Shown piece after piece: positions 17,650 through 28,121 of a stretch of DNA of 64,000 bases. A model generated the notes under the pieces. The model saw nothing but the letters and a program-made list of their open reading frames with translations, was not told the DNA's origin and did no database searches. A program made the position numbers and the translations under genes. Each line of letters begins with the position of its first letter. Within the stretch, counting starts at the first letter, position 1. This DNA is from a virus (taxonomy: Duplodnaviria > Caudoviricetes): positions 1-64,000 of the IMG/VR virus record IMGVR_UViG_3300048893_000042, one strand, 5' to 3'.

Positions 17650-19745
17650 GTTTCATATCCTACCAAGGTTGCATAGAAGCCAGCAAAGGTCGCGTCAGGT
17701 GAAGCTGGCCCCACTATCCTGATGACGTCACCGGCTGCGAAGGTGACGGCTGCCCCGCCACTAGTGGCAAAGGTCGGTGTGACGCCGCCGGCTGCTATGG
17801 TGATCGTGCCCACATTGCTGAATGAGTTCGGCGTGGCAGTCGCTGCCTTGTCCACACTGATGACAGTGCTCGCTGTGGCGTTGGCAGTGCCACCTGCCTG
17901 GCTGCTCAACCCCAGGTATGATCCAAAGTTCGCCGGTATGGTGACTGCCTTGGCGAACCTGTGGTACATGATCTGCTGGCTGGCAGTCAGCACCCCGGAC
18001 ATGGACGGTGACAGCACATACTTGGGTCGCTTGTTGGTCCACTTCGCAGAAGTGTAGACCAGCACATCATCCTCAGCGGGGGAGGTGATCGCTGCGTCGG
18101 TCGCACCCGCCAGGGTTGACGTGCCCGTGCCAGACGGCACCGAGTAGCCCCCAGCAGCATCGAGGTACTTGCCGGCTGCGGCATCTCCAGCGCCGGGAGC
18201 CGGTGCGAGGCCCTTCGTTCCGCCCGACCCGCTGTCTCCAACCATCACATCCAGGAGGGCAGTGGCTGCCATGTGTGTGCGGTTGGTCCACTGGGTGCCG
18301 CTCCAGGCGAGGAAGTCACTGGTGGCTGCCGAGGTGATCGTGACGTCAGACAGGCTGTCCAGGGTGATCGACCCCGTGACAGCCACGGGAACCCCGTCCA
18401 CATAGAAGCCATGGAAGTTCAGGGTGCCCAGTCCCTCTGACGTGAGCCCGCCGACGCTCATGCCGCCATCGGACCACATCTCCAGGATGCCTATGGCGTC
18501 AACGCCACTGTCCCACGCCGACGCCCCTGAGGGCAGGGCTGCCTGGAAGGCGCTCCCACCCGCGTTCATGATCGTTGACTCAGCAATCCCGTTCTGGTTG
18601 CTGCTGAAGGCCATGGCCAGGTCAGCACTGAACGGGGTGAACGGGAACCCGTGGGTGGCTATGCTGGACGGGTCACCCAGGTTGCTGTTGTTCCCGTACC
18701 AGACGGTTGGTGCTGATGTCTTCCTCCAGAGGGCATACCCACTGGTCAGGTCCCACAGCAGACCAATCCACTCGTTGTTGGGACCAGACGTTGCCCCAGA
18801 GTGTGTCATGGTACCATTCAGGTACCAGTCGCCATTGCTTCCCACCCCGCACTTCAGGCCAACACTCTTGGCGCCACCGGACGCCTCGGTGCCGATGCGG
18901 TCTGAGTTCAGGTGGGTCGGTCGCGCTATGCCAAAGCTGAAGTCTGCTCCCGAGGACCCACAGAACATCTCGAAGTACTTCAGGCCACTGCTGTTGAGCG
19001 AGGTCCCGATGATGGCTTCATTCGTGCTGTTGACGTTCGTGGTCGCTGTGTGGCCGCTGTTCGTTATGGTGAAGTGGGTGTTGTAGGTCGCCAGCCACTG
19101 GTCGCCCACTGCCCCAGTGGGGTTAATGCTGAACCTTACGATGGTGCCCCGCGCCGAGTGAGACCAGTTCTCTGCGGCCTCGCAGATCATCGAGCCGCCG
19201 ATCTTCCACCCACTGTCGGTCTCATCCCATCCATAGAACGTCACCCCACCGAGGCGCTGCCCCGTGAGCAGGTAGGTCGGTGACCGGATCGTGCCGTCAG
19301 CACCCTCCAGTGCGATGTCAGCATAGCTTCCCGTGACTCCGTTGATGTAGTTCCTCAGCTCGATCTTGCCTGCACCCTCGTGCTCCACCACCAGGGTTGA
19401 GTAGAAGCCGTCCAGGGCCTCGTGGTAGCACCAGATTCGGCTGGTGCCAGACAGCACGATCCTCGCGTTGCTGTTCGTGGAGAACTCGACTGTGTCACGT
19501 GAGAAGGTGCTCGGTGCCCCCGCCGTCACCCGGCCTCGCCCCTTCTCCCAGCTCGTGCCATCCCCCGAGATGAGGACATAGGAGGTGTCCACCTGGTCAC
19601 CCGGCGAACCCTCTCCAAAGGGGGTCAGGAGCCCAGCCACAAAGCTGCGGCACTGGAGGGTCGCACCGCCCAAGTTCACCACCAGGGCAGAGCCGGTGTC
19701 TGTGACCACCTCCCGAACGCGCTCAGCCTTGCGGAATGGGACCAT
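17646..19745 (-). CDS. tail fibre / receptor-binding protein with SPRY-like domain
   Basis: N-terminal RVRE.T...G, WEKGRG and TFSR anchor; LKYFE..FGIA..WIGLLWDL lectin-like segment; LDSLSDVTITS repeats. Confidence 0.75.
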   Translation of the reverse strand: MVPFRKAERVREVVTDTGSALVVNLGGATLQCRSFVAGLLTPFGEGSPGDQVDTSYVLISGDGTSWEKGRGRVTAGAPSTFSRDTVEFSTNSNARIVLSGTSRIWCYHEALDGFYSTLVVEHEGAGKIELRNYINGVTGSYADIALEGADGTIRSPTYLLTGQRLGGVTFYGWDETDSGWKIGGSMICEAAENWSHSARGTIVRFSINPTGAVGDQWLATYNTHFTITNSGHTATTNVNSTNEAIIGTSLNSSGLKYFEMFCGSSGADFSFGIARPTHLNSDRIGTEASGGAKSVGLKCGVGSNGDWYLNGTMTHSGATSGPNNEWIGLLWDLTSGYALWRKTSAPTVWYGNNSNLGDPSSIATHGFPFTPFSADLAMAFSSNQNGIAESTIMNAGGSAFQAALPSGASAWDSGVDAIGILEMWSDGGMSVGGLTSEGLGTLNFHGFYVDGVPVAVTGSITLDSLSDVTITSAATSDFLAWSGTQWTNRTHMAATALLDVMVGDSGSGGTKGLAPAPGAGDAAAGKYLDAAGGYSVPSGTGTSTLAGATDAAITSPAEDDVLVYTSAKWTNKRPKYVLSPSMSGVLTASQQIMYHRFAKAVTIPANFGSYLGLSSQAGGTANATASTVISVDKAATATPNSFSNVGTITIAAGGVTPTFATSGGAAVTFAAGDVIRIVGPASPDATFAGFYATLVGYET

Positions 19746-19755
19746 GCCTCAGCTC

Positions 19756-20223
19756 CTAGATGGGGTCACTGCCAATTGGGCTGATGCCAATCGGGCCGCC
19801 ATCATCATCCTCAGTCACAACCGTCCCGGTCGGGAAGGTGCTGGTGTTGACCACCCTGGATGGTCTCAAGGCCCCATCCGCAGGAGAAGCAGACACCTCG
19901 GTCCCGGTCGGGAAGGTGCTGGTGTTGACCACCCGTGACGGCTCTATGGCGCCATCGGGCGGTGACTCAGACACCTCGGTCCCGGTCGGGAAGGTGCTGG
20001 TGTTGACCACCCGTGACGGGAGGATGTCGAGGTCCGCGCCCGTCGTTATCCTGTGGTGCCCAAACGTGCTCAGGTTGATCACCCGGGTCAGGGTGATGGT
20101 TCCGTCAGCCTCGATCCTCGTTCCCCTGGGGAACACCGACCTGTTCGCAAACGTTCTCGGCGCCAGGTCAGTGGGGTCCAGTACAGGCTTGACCTGAGGA
20201 ACTATGGTGAAGTGGAGGGGCAA
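19756..20223 (-). CDS. tail-region protein with 26-aa repeats
   Basis: PSRVVNTSTFPTGT three times plus degenerate copies. Confidence 0.7.
   Translation of the reverse strand: MPLHFTIVPQVKPVLDPTDLAPRTFANRSVFPRGTRIEADGTITLTRVINLSTFGHHRITTGADLDILPSRVVNTSTFPTGTEVSESPPDGAIEPSRVVNTSTFPTGTEVSASPADGALRPSRVVNTSTFPTGTVVTEDDDGGPIGISPIGSDPI
19823..20012. repeat. three copies of a 34-bp repeat, period 78 bp (coding)
   Basis: GTCCCGGTCGGGAAGGTGCTGGTGTTGACCACCC at 19823, 19901 and 19979. Confidence 0.9.
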
Positions 20224-20224
20224 C

Positions 20225-21010
20225 TCAAATCACCCTCTTCGCGATGATGCCCACTGAGAGGCCCGCTGCCACCGCGTCTGCCGCTGCCGGCGGTCCCACC
20301 GCAAGGCGCTGCCCAACCGGGATGTCCACCAGGTCGGAACTTATCACAACTGTCCCCAGCGTCTCCCCCGCCAGCACCGTCACCGTGCCCACAGCCCCAT
20401 CATCGAGGTAGATGGTCATGACCTGGTCAACCGACACCGGTGCCTCCTGGAGGTAGGCAATGTGGTGGTCCACCCCTGTCCCATCCACCGTAAGGTGTCT
20501 CAGGGCAGGGTACTGGAAGAGATACGTGGCAGTGACGTCCGACAGCCGCCCGGGATAGTAGAACGCAACGTCATAGCTCAAGTCGCTCGGCGGGTCCACA
20601 CCCAGCATCTTGAGGTATGCTGGGTTGCCCCCGATCATCAAGTCTGGGTTGAATGCCCCGGTCGTGTTGTGGTCCTGGAGCACAAGGAAGAGGCCCTTGC
20701 CCTCCACCGTGATCACATCCAGGGTCGTGTAGAGGGTCGGGAACCCATACTCACCGCGCCAGCGGAACTCCAGGACAGGCAGGGGCAGTGGACCCAGAAC
20801 TGTGCCATCCTGGAGGGTAAACTTGATCTTGGTCTCATCCACCACGTCAATCGCCGAGATGCCATTCGGCTGCGGCCGATCAGACTGCAGCGCCAGGATC
20901 GCCTGAGCGATGTTCCAGAAGTTGGTATCCAGCTGGGCAGCAGTAAGGTTGGTGCCCAGGCCCGTCCCCCACCGAGACGGATCATCAGTGCGGAAGACGA
21001 GGTCAACCAT
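20225..21010 (-). CDS. tail fibre-associated protein
   Basis: FRTDDPSRWGTG.GTNLT.AQLDTNFW and WRGEY..TLY..LDVI motifs. Confidence 0.65.
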   Translation of the reverse strand: MVDLVFRTDDPSRWGTGLGTNLTAAQLDTNFWNIAQAILALQSDRPQPNGISAIDVVDETKIKFTLQDGTVLGPLPLPVLEFRWRGEYGFPTLYTTLDVITVEGKGLFLVLQDHNTTGAFNPDLMIGGNPAYLKMLGVDPPSDLSYDVAFYYPGRLSDVTATYLFQYPALRHLTVDGTGVDHHIAYLQEAPVSVDQVMTIYLDDGAVGTVTVLAGETLGTVVISSDLVDIPVGQRLAVGPPAAADAVAAGLSVGIIAKRVI

Positions 21011-22014
21011 CAGACAAACCCCGAGCGGTCAAACCGGGCAAGCACTGTGCCAACCGGCGCGCGGCCATCCATCTTCCTCGTGGTCTTGATCTCATTCGGA
21101 TCATCCGAGGTCAACACTCTGAGCGCCCCGGCAGTATAGACCCCTCCTCCAGAGAAGTAATCTAGTTCAACTTCTGAGTTAGTTTCTCTGGTAGACTTGT
21201 CCAAAGTGACTATGACCACCTGTTCCTTGAGGTTATTCAGGCTTACCATGTAGGTGTCCCTGTTCCGGCCTTCTAAGGTCTGGGATGAATACTTGATGTA
21301 GGTGATACCGACCTGTATCGGCTGGAGGAAGTATGGCCAGACACCTTCCTGAGTGACCCACAGCTCATAGTCTGGGTGCGTGAATGTCTCGAACGTGCCC
21401 CCACCAATTCCTCCTCCCGTGATCCATTGCCCCGCCGGCAGGTAGGTCACAGAAGTAGTCCCCCACCCACCATGAGGTTCCGGGAGGACCAGACGTAGGT
21501 CCCTGGTGTAGACTATGACCCCATCCGGGTGACGCCTCTTGGCTGCATCCACGATGCCCGGCTGGAGGGCCACCGCCGCATTGAATGCTTCTACCTGCTG
21601 CGAGTTGAAGAGGGCCACCGCCGCGTCCCAGCGGTCCTGGTCCTGCTTCCGAAACCTCTCAATCGGGTCAACCACCACTATCGCCGGGTTCACAAATGCC
21701 ACTGGGTCAGCAAACAGACCATCATAGATGTAAGGCCCCTGCACCGTGTGCTGGTCCACTGGGTTGGGCTGATTGAACTGGACCTCGATCAGCGGAGCAG
21801 TGTCATCCACTCCCTGTCGAGGGTCTATCACCTGGCCAGGGTCATAGTGCCTCTCAGTGACTGTCGTGGTGACTGAGAAGTCAAACTGTATGTCCGCAGG
21901 GTAGTCAACCTCCAGCCTCGCAAACGCCTTCCCCCAGTGGACCTCCACGATGTTCTGGAACGGGTCCAAGCTCACTGGGCGGGCATCACTGCCCTCAACG
22001 GGGGGGTCAGACAC
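21010..22014 (-). CDS. hypothetical tail-region protein
   Basis: Long ORF tiled in the late operon; N-terminal LDPFQNIVEVHWG; C-terminal half visibly lower in GC. Confidence 0.6.
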   Translation of the reverse strand: MSDPPVEGSDARPVSLDPFQNIVEVHWGKAFARLEVDYPADIQFDFSVTTTVTERHYDPGQVIDPRQGVDDTAPLIEVQFNQPNPVDQHTVQGPYIYDGLFADPVAFVNPAIVVVDPIERFRKQDQDRWDAAVALFNSQQVEAFNAAVALQPGIVDAAKRRHPDGVIVYTRDLRLVLPEPHGGWGTTSVTYLPAGQWITGGGIGGGTFETFTHPDYELWVTQEGVWPYFLQPIQVGITYIKYSSQTLEGRNRDTYMVSLNNLKEQVVIVTLDKSTRETNSEVELDYFSGGGVYTAGALRVLTSDDPNEIKTTRKMDGRAPVGTVLARFDRSGFV

Positions 22015-22015
22015 T

Positions 22016-22459
22016 TCAGTGGTTCTTCAGTGTGAAGCTGGCCTTGCACTGCCCCGGCTTCTCGGTGCCGGTAGTGCCCGTGTCGAAGCTGGCGTCGAAC
22101 TCGGCGAGGGCGCGAGCCGTCTCACTCGACTCACCAAAGCAGACGTTGGTGCGGTCCAGGCCGAAGGCGATCTGGGTGACGCGCTCCACGATCACAAACT
22201 GGGTTGGATCATTCGGGTTGGTCACCTTGACCTTCTCGGTCTGCCTGTCCTGCTCGGTGTTGACGTCCTTGCAGCAGGCCAGCGTCTTGATGCCGCCGCC
22301 GGTCTGGACCTCCTCGGCCACAGGCGTGGGCATGCCGCCTGCCTGTCCCCAGATCAGCTCTGCGACCCCGGCGCTGACCTGCCGGTTCGATGACACGATC
22401 CTCTGGGTGGCCAGTGCCCCCGGGTTCTGCCATGGACGGACTATTGCCTCAAGCATCAC
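22016..22459 (-). CDS. minor tail protein
   Basis: Operon position; LEAIVRPWQ, E.DRQTEKVKVTNPNDP.QFV.VER. Confidence 0.6.
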   Translation of the reverse strand: MMLEAIVRPWQNPGALATQRIVSSNRQVSAGVAELIWGQAGGMPTPVAEEVQTGGGIKTLACCKDVNTEQDRQTEKVKVTNPNDPTQFVIVERVTQIAFGLDRTNVCFGESSETARALAEFDASFDTGTTGTEKPGQCKASFTLKNH

Positions 22460-24999
22460 GCCTCCAGGTCTATCGTCTTGGGCACGGCCATGTTGTCCAC
22501 CAGCACATTGAAGAATGACAGGAAGTCACCCCCAGTGACTGGGATCAGGTCCATCACGACGCGGGTGGGGGTGTTCTTCAGTGCGGCCACAGGGTTGGGC
22601 TTGGGCAGCTTCAGGTCTGCATCTATGGCCTGCCGCTGCTCAGTCAGTCCACCCAGCACTGAGATGCCCCTCAGCACCGTGGATGGCTCCATGTTGAAGA
22701 AGTCCACCCCATCATCGTCGATCACATCAAAGTCATCAAACGGCTGGAATGTGATGTCTCCGGTCTGTGAGACCACCTTCCCACCCTTCTCAACCTGGTA
22801 CCCATCCACCACGTACCCCTCGTCAACATAGACGGGAACGCCGGCCTCCTCCACAACGCTTGTGCCATGCCCCACTGTGCACCCAATCGTGACCTCTGAC
22901 CTCATGGTGCCCTGGTCGAGCACCAGCTTGTAGGCCACCACCTTCCCAGTGACTGAGCCCCCCGGGAACCGCCGGTCAGCGAGGGTGACGTTCATGCGGC
23001 AGGAGATGTCCACAGCCACGGCCCAGCTAGTCACGAACCTCACCTGTACCGCTCGCGCTCGCGCCAGCAGCTTCGCCCGGGCCAGCAGCACCAGGAACTC
23101 AAATGACTGCTGCCCCCGGTCGGTCTTGAAGTAGCTGTTGCGGCGAACGTCGCCTATCGGGGTGGCCCCGCCCAGGTCCACTGGCTGTGAGACGAAGCTG
23201 GAGCTGAATGAGAGGTTCTCCTCCTCCATCGCCCCGGGCTCAGTCAGCACGGCCTGGACATCCGCCTCCAGGCTGAACGTGACCACCTCGCTCCTCTTCC
23301 GGCTGGCCGAGTAGTGGGCCTCGAAGAAGATGGAGTAGACCCCCATCTCAAAGTCCACATCCATCAGCTTCCAGCCTGCCGCCACCATGGTTCCCCGCGT
23401 GGGTATCACCGGAGGCTCATAGGTCGTGATGGTGCCCGTGGATGTCTTGTCCTGTGTGGCCTTGGCCTCAACTGACTTGTCGAGGTACTTGACGGCATAC
23501 CTCTTGGAATTCACCCAGTCAGCCGGCACAATGACGGAGTTCAGTCCAACCTCCCACCCACCCCCGATTGAGGTCAGTGGCTGGGGCCAGCTCGTGAACA
23601 GTCCATCCCCCGTGAATGAGGTTATGAGTGGCCAAGGTCCCGCCGACCCGACTGCCTGGAAGGCACCCCAGAGCGCATCCGTCAGGTCAACGTCGCCCTC
23701 AGCAGCCTGGTCCCACTCCACGTTGGCCGTGACGTTCACCCGCCGAAGTGGTGACTGGAGTATGCTGACATGCACCTCGCTGTAGACGCTCTGGGCCTCA
23801 CTCAGCTCCAGGGTTCCATCCTCACCCGAGATGATGTCCGAGGTGGTGACCTCCAGGGTCACCCGGTCTATGTGGAAGTCCTGCGTGCGGGCCTCCAGCA
23901 CCGTGTCGTCATCTGCCACATGTTCGATCAGCCACACCGGGTCCCAGTGCGGAAGGTCCCTCATGCCCCGGGCCAGTGCCGCCTTCTGGGCGAAGTAGTC
24001 CTCAGGCCGCGCGATGAACTCAAGAGTGATCACCTCTGACTGGAAGTTCGCAGGGACACCGACCAGACGCCCGTGGAGAAGTGGGTGTACCACAGAACCA
24101 TCGTCCCACGACAGCCAGCACCACCTCTGCCGAGCTCCGCCAAGAAGGCCCACACGGGGGTTCTGGATCGTGACGGAGAGGGTCGCGAAGTCACCCTCAC
24201 TCTGCATGATCTCCAGGCTCACCAGCTGCTCATCCTTGCGCAGGTGGACCGTGGGGTCAAATGGACCGCCATCAGGGTAGGTGACCCCCTTCCTGATCGA
24301 CAGTGGAACGGCCTGACCCGTCACGGTGGCTTCCGTCAGCATCACGATCTTGTCGGTGCCATCAAACTGGCCGGTGGCACCCGCCGGGATGCCCTGCCCC
24401 AGCACCTCATAGAGGGTGGACGTGTCGAGGCCTGCCGTGCTGGACAAGTTCTTCACCACATTGCGGTCCAGGGTGCTGGCGATCTTCACCGGCACACCCA
24501 CGCCCGTCGTGGTGGCCTGGCTGGTGATCGTCACTGGGGATGACCCGCCAAACGTGAACTGGGTGCCCGACGCCAAGCCGCTTCCGCTGATGTCATAGAC
24601 CTGACCCACAACCAGGCCAGTCAGGCGGTCCAGGAAGACCTCGTCACGTCCCTCGTCAGTGCTGAGGATGAAGGTCTCCGCCGTCGCAGTCTCCGTCGCC
24701 GCGAAGTCCAGCTGACCCGTCCTGCCGCCGTTGTACACCATCCCATTCAGTGACTCAGCACTTCCCAGGCCCTTCCCAGTGATGGAGTAGTGACGCCCTG
24801 CCACCAGACCCGTGGCATCGAGGATGTTCACCACCAGGCCGCTGCCCTGCTGGATGTCACCCGAGGTCCTGAGCTGGCCTCCCCAGGTCTGGGCCGCAGC
24901 GGTGAGCTGGCCGCCCCAGACATCCCCGGTCGCAGCCAGGGTGAAGCCCGGCACCGCCGGTCCGCCGACCCAGGCGAAGTAGAACTGCTGCTGTGCCAC
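22456..24999 (-). CDS. tail tip / baseplate hub-like protein with N-terminal beta-module repeats
   Basis: 847 aa, downstream of tape measure; FYFAWV start; QSEGDFATL.V.I.NPRVGLL; three GL....Y.V.G.G modules. Confidence 0.7.
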   Translation of the reverse strand: MAQQQFYFAWVGGPAVPGFTLAATGDVWGGQLTAAAQTWGGQLRTSGDIQQGSGLVVNILDATGLVAGRHYSITGKGLGSAESLNGMVYNGGRTGQLDFAATETATAETFILSTDEGRDEVFLDRLTGLVVGQVYDISGSGLASGTQFTFGGSSPVTITSQATTTGVGVPVKIASTLDRNVVKNLSSTAGLDTSTLYEVLGQGIPAGATGQFDGTDKIVMLTEATVTGQAVPLSIRKGVTYPDGGPFDPTVHLRKDEQLVSLEIMQSEGDFATLSVTIQNPRVGLLGGARQRWCWLSWDDGSVVHPLLHGRLVGVPANFQSEVITLEFIARPEDYFAQKAALARGMRDLPHWDPVWLIEHVADDDTVLEARTQDFHIDRVTLEVTTSDIISGEDGTLELSEAQSVYSEVHVSILQSPLRRVNVTANVEWDQAAEGDVDLTDALWGAFQAVGSAGPWPLITSFTGDGLFTSWPQPLTSIGGGWEVGLNSVIVPADWVNSKRYAVKYLDKSVEAKATQDKTSTGTITTYEPPVIPTRGTMVAAGWKLMDVDFEMGVYSIFFEAHYSASRKRSEVVTFSLEADVQAVLTEPGAMEEENLSFSSSFVSQPVDLGGATPIGDVRRNSYFKTDRGQQSFEFLVLLARAKLLARARAVQVRFVTSWAVAVDISCRMNVTLADRRFPGGSVTGKVVAYKLVLDQGTMRSEVTIGCTVGHGTSVVEEAGVPVYVDEGYVVDGYQVEKGGKVVSQTGDITFQPFDDFDVIDDDGVDFFNMEPSTVLRGISVLGGLTEQRQAIDADLKLPKPNPVAALKNTPTRVVMDLIPVTGGDFLSFFNVLVDNMAVPKTIDLEA

Positions 25000-25083
25000 T
25001 AGATTCCAGCGTCCTCGTGTACGTCAGAGCCGGCCCTGTACCCTAGTCCACGCCCGCAGAAGAAGTGCTCCTCCGGCATCCTC

Positions 25084-25512
25084 CTACGCCTCTTCCAGGT
25101 CCATGTGCCATGCCGACACCTTCTGGTACTCATCCAGCTCAACCTCGAACCCAACCACCCTCATGGACAGGCGCGGTCGGTAGAAGGTCCAGTCACCCTC
25201 GGTTCGTGAGTCAACAACCGTCCGCTCAGGGGTTCCGCTCGCAGTGAGGTAGGCCAGCTCAGCTATGCAGTCAACCGTGACCGCCGTTCCAGGCCACATC
25301 CCTGTCGTGGCTGGTGGGTCGGTGTCACTGCCCGTGATTGTGGACTTGAACTTCTGAAACTGGGGTGCGGACAGGTCGATCAGGCCACCATCCACCGTGC
25401 GGAAGAGCTGGCTGGCCGCATCTATGGGTGCCAGGGTCTGCTTGAGACCGCGTGCTGAGTAGGGCACCACCCCGATGCCCGTCATCACTAGCAGGGTTGT
25501 CACGTCAGGCAC
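25084..25512 (-). CDS. distal tail-like protein
   Basis: YSARGLKQTL.PI, RTVDG.LIDLS..QF.KFKS.I; directly after tape measure. Confidence 0.65.
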   Translation of the reverse strand: MPDVTTLLVMTGIGVVPYSARGLKQTLAPIDAASQLFRTVDGGLIDLSAPQFQKFKSTITGSDTDPPATTGMWPGTAVTVDCIAELAYLTASGTPERTVVDSRTEGDWTFYRPRLSMRVVGFEVELDEYQKVSAWHMDLEEA

Positions 25513-28120
25513 TCTTCCACCCCGGTCTGCGGCCAGCACTTCGAACCTGCCGGGTCCGAGAGTAGCTGACCAGTCCCTGGGCCACAGATTCCGGGGCAAC
25601 CAGGCCCTCGAACATGTGTCCATCTATGCTGAGGTTCACGATGCTGGTCCGGCTCGCCGTCGCTGCTGCTCCGGCTGAGAAGCCCCTCATCGGGCTCACC
25701 GGAGGGGCAACCGCGCTGATCAGACCGCCAATGTTGAACCTCGGAATCTCCAGGTTGTTGATGCGGTGCATGAACTCCACGCCATAGTGCTGGACAGCAG
25801 CCACCTTGTGGACGAACTCACCCGGGGTCAGCCACCCCAGCACCGTGTCAGTGCCCGGACCTCGCGGCCTGCCGCCGCCCGAGAAGGCCTGGATGGTCCC
25901 GCCGGCCTCGTGCCCCGCTGCTGAGCTGCCAAACAGGCCACCTGGCACCAGCCCACCGAGGGTGTTCAGCTTGTCGATCAGCTTGTCCACCCACGCCATC
26001 ATGTCGCCGATCTTGTCAGCAAACCACCCGGCCATCTTGCCGAACAGTCCCATGACGTAGTTCACCGCTTCAGCGATCACCTCCTGGATGTAGGCTGCGA
26101 ACTTGTCGAAGGCATCTGCCGCATCGTCGCCGATGTACTTCCGGATCAGGTCGGAGACGCGCTGTGCGTTTGCCGCCAGGGTCACCAGGGCAGCAACCAC
26201 CAGCCCAATGACCAGCACCACCGCGAGGATCGGTGCAGCCACCAGCTCAAAGGTCAGCATGGCGGTGCGAGCCACACCCACCGCAGTGGTCAGTGCGGTA
26301 AAGGCGGTTGACAGGGTGCCCACGCTTGAGCTGAGGAAGACCACAAAGGTGATCACCCGAGCTATGGCGAGCATCGCAGTGAACGCGGTGTTCAGCAGCC
26401 TGACCGCCGAACCGAGGCCCAAGAACCCGGTCGCGAGGGACACGAGCACCGGCGCGAACCTGAGCAGCAGCAGCACCGCGAGGGTGCCGCCCGTCGTGAA
26501 CTCGGTTCCGAAGACCGCATTGATGGTCTTGCGCAGGACCTCTGCGGCCAGAATCACCGAACCGATCAGTGGAGCAAACCGCGCCAGCAGCAGCATCACA
26601 GCCACTGCCCCGTTCGTGAACTCACTACCAAAGGTCGCGTTGATGACCCGTCGCAGTCCATCCACGATCAGGCCCAGTGCGTGGAATGCCACCCCAACCG
26701 CCGTTATGGCCGCAGTGACCGCCGGCCTGACCCCCTGGCTGAACGCCTCGGCAAAGTCACGGATGTTCTGTGAGTTGTGGGATAGACCCTCGGATATGGC
26801 ATCAAACAGCGGGGTGAACACCTGACCAACAAGGTTGCCCACTGCCCGCTGGAGGCCTTCGACCACAGCATCCAGCTTGGCGAATGCGGCATTGAACGTG
26901 ACCGCCAGCTCAGTCTCAGCTGCGGTGGAGCTGACCCCGAGCTCCCGGAACGTCTTGGACAGCTCCTCCAGGCGGTCCCTGCCCAGGTTGAGACCAGGCA
27001 GCAGGTCACGGAACTGCCGCCCGAACAGTCGCATCGCCACCTCAGCCTGCTCGGCGGGTGCCTTGATCTCCTTGAACTTGTCCACAAACTCCAGGAACGC
27101 CGGCCCCACGTCGCGCGCCGCGCCCGTGGTCGGGTCCAGGGCATCAATCTTCAGGCGGAGGAAGACATTCTTTGTGTCATCAACCACCTTCGCCACAGCA
27201 CCCTGCTTGATCCTCAGTTCTTCCTGGGCGAGGGTGTACCGCCGGTGTGCGTCTGTCACCTCATTCAGCGACTGAGCCAGCTTGTCCTGCAGGTCCTTCT
27301 GATGGGACACTGAGTTGCTCGCCGCGACGGAGGCCTCACTGAGCCTGAGGTGCTGCTCCTTGCTCAGCGCCATTGACTCACCGAGCGGGTCTATGGCACC
27401 CTTCAGCCGATCATAGGACAGCTTGGCCTTGTCAATGTTGTTCTGGCTTGCCGCCAGGGCCTCACTCGCCTCACGAGTGGCAGTCTCTGACTTCCCGATG
27501 GCCTGAGCAGCCGTGTCCACACCCAGTCGCAACCGGTCAATCTCAAGTCTAGTCTGGTCTGCCTTCTGCTGGCTCTCATGGAAGCTGTCGTTGAGCTTCT
27601 TCTGGGCATCCGCCGCCTCGCCCAGTCGCGCTGCGAAGCGGTCGATCCCCCTGACAAATGACTCACTGCTCACCCCCGCCTGCGTGAACGCGAACCGCAG
27701 GCCCTCGAACTGCTCCACCTCCATCCCAACTGCGTGGGCCTGGTTCTCAATGGACCGGGTTGCCTCAGCAGCATTCTTGCTCAGCAGGAGGAACGCACCG
27801 GCTGCCCCGCTGATGGCTGCTGCCAGGCCACCGATGCCGCTGACCAGCTCCAGGACTGCAGCACCATTTGACTCAAACCCAGACCCCATGCGGGTCAGGT
27901 TCTGGATGAGCGGTCCCAGCTCTGTGGTGAGACCTGCTGCCGACCCCCTCAGTGACCCAAACTTGTCACCCAGGTCACCGACATGCCCGCCGGTCGAGCG
28001 GGCTGCGTCACCGATGCGGCGGACCGATGCCTCACCCGTGGCCCCCAGCTCAGACAGCCGGGCCTTTATCTCCTGGTCACCCTCAAGGGCTATCCTCTGG
28101 GAGATGGTCCCCTGGGCCAT
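25505..28120 (-). CDS. tape measure protein
   Basis: 871 aa, Ala-rich and helical; LFGRQFRDLLP.L motif; hydrophobic repeats; follows the chaperone genes. Confidence 0.9.
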   Translation of the reverse strand: MAQGTISQRIALEGDQEIKARLSELGATGEASVRRIGDAARSTGGHVGDLGDKFGSLRGSAAGLTTELGPLIQNLTRMGSGFESNGAAVLELVSGIGGLAAAISGAAGAFLLLSKNAAEATRSIENQAHAVGMEVEQFEGLRFAFTQAGVSSESFVRGIDRFAARLGEAADAQKKLNDSFHESQQKADQTRLEIDRLRLGVDTAAQAIGKSETATREASEALAASQNNIDKAKLSYDRLKGAIDPLGESMALSKEQHLRLSEASVAASNSVSHQKDLQDKLAQSLNEVTDAHRRYTLAQEELRIKQGAVAKVVDDTKNVFLRLKIDALDPTTGAARDVGPAFLEFVDKFKEIKAPAEQAEVAMRLFGRQFRDLLPGLNLGRDRLEELSKTFRELGVSSTAAETELAVTFNAAFAKLDAVVEGLQRAVGNLVGQVFTPLFDAISEGLSHNSQNIRDFAEAFSQGVRPAVTAAITAVGVAFHALGLIVDGLRRVINATFGSEFTNGAVAVMLLLARFAPLIGSVILAAEVLRKTINAVFGTEFTTGGTLAVLLLLRFAPVLVSLATGFLGLGSAVRLLNTAFTAMLAIARVITFVVFLSSSVGTLSTAFTALTTAVGVARTAMLTFELVAAPILAVVLVIGLVVAALVTLAANAQRVSDLIRKYIGDDAADAFDKFAAYIQEVIAEAVNYVMGLFGKMAGWFADKIGDMMAWVDKLIDKLNTLGGLVPGGLFGSSAAGHEAGGTIQAFSGGGRPRGPGTDTVLGWLTPGEFVHKVAAVQHYGVEFMHRINNLEIPRFNIGGLISAVAPPVSPMRGFSAGAAATASRTSIVNLSIDGHMFEGLVAPESVAQGLVSYSRTRQVRSAGRRPGWKSA

Positions 28121-28121
28121 G

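Noticed and set aside
19823-20012. 34-bp repeats with 44-bp gaps resembling a mini CRISPR array
   Set aside because: Period is 78 bp (26 codons) inside an ORF, spacers resemble each other, and no cas genes are present
15646-22014. Diversity-generating retroelement acting on tail fibres
   Set aside because: No reverse transcriptase and no template/variable repeat pair differing at adenines was seen
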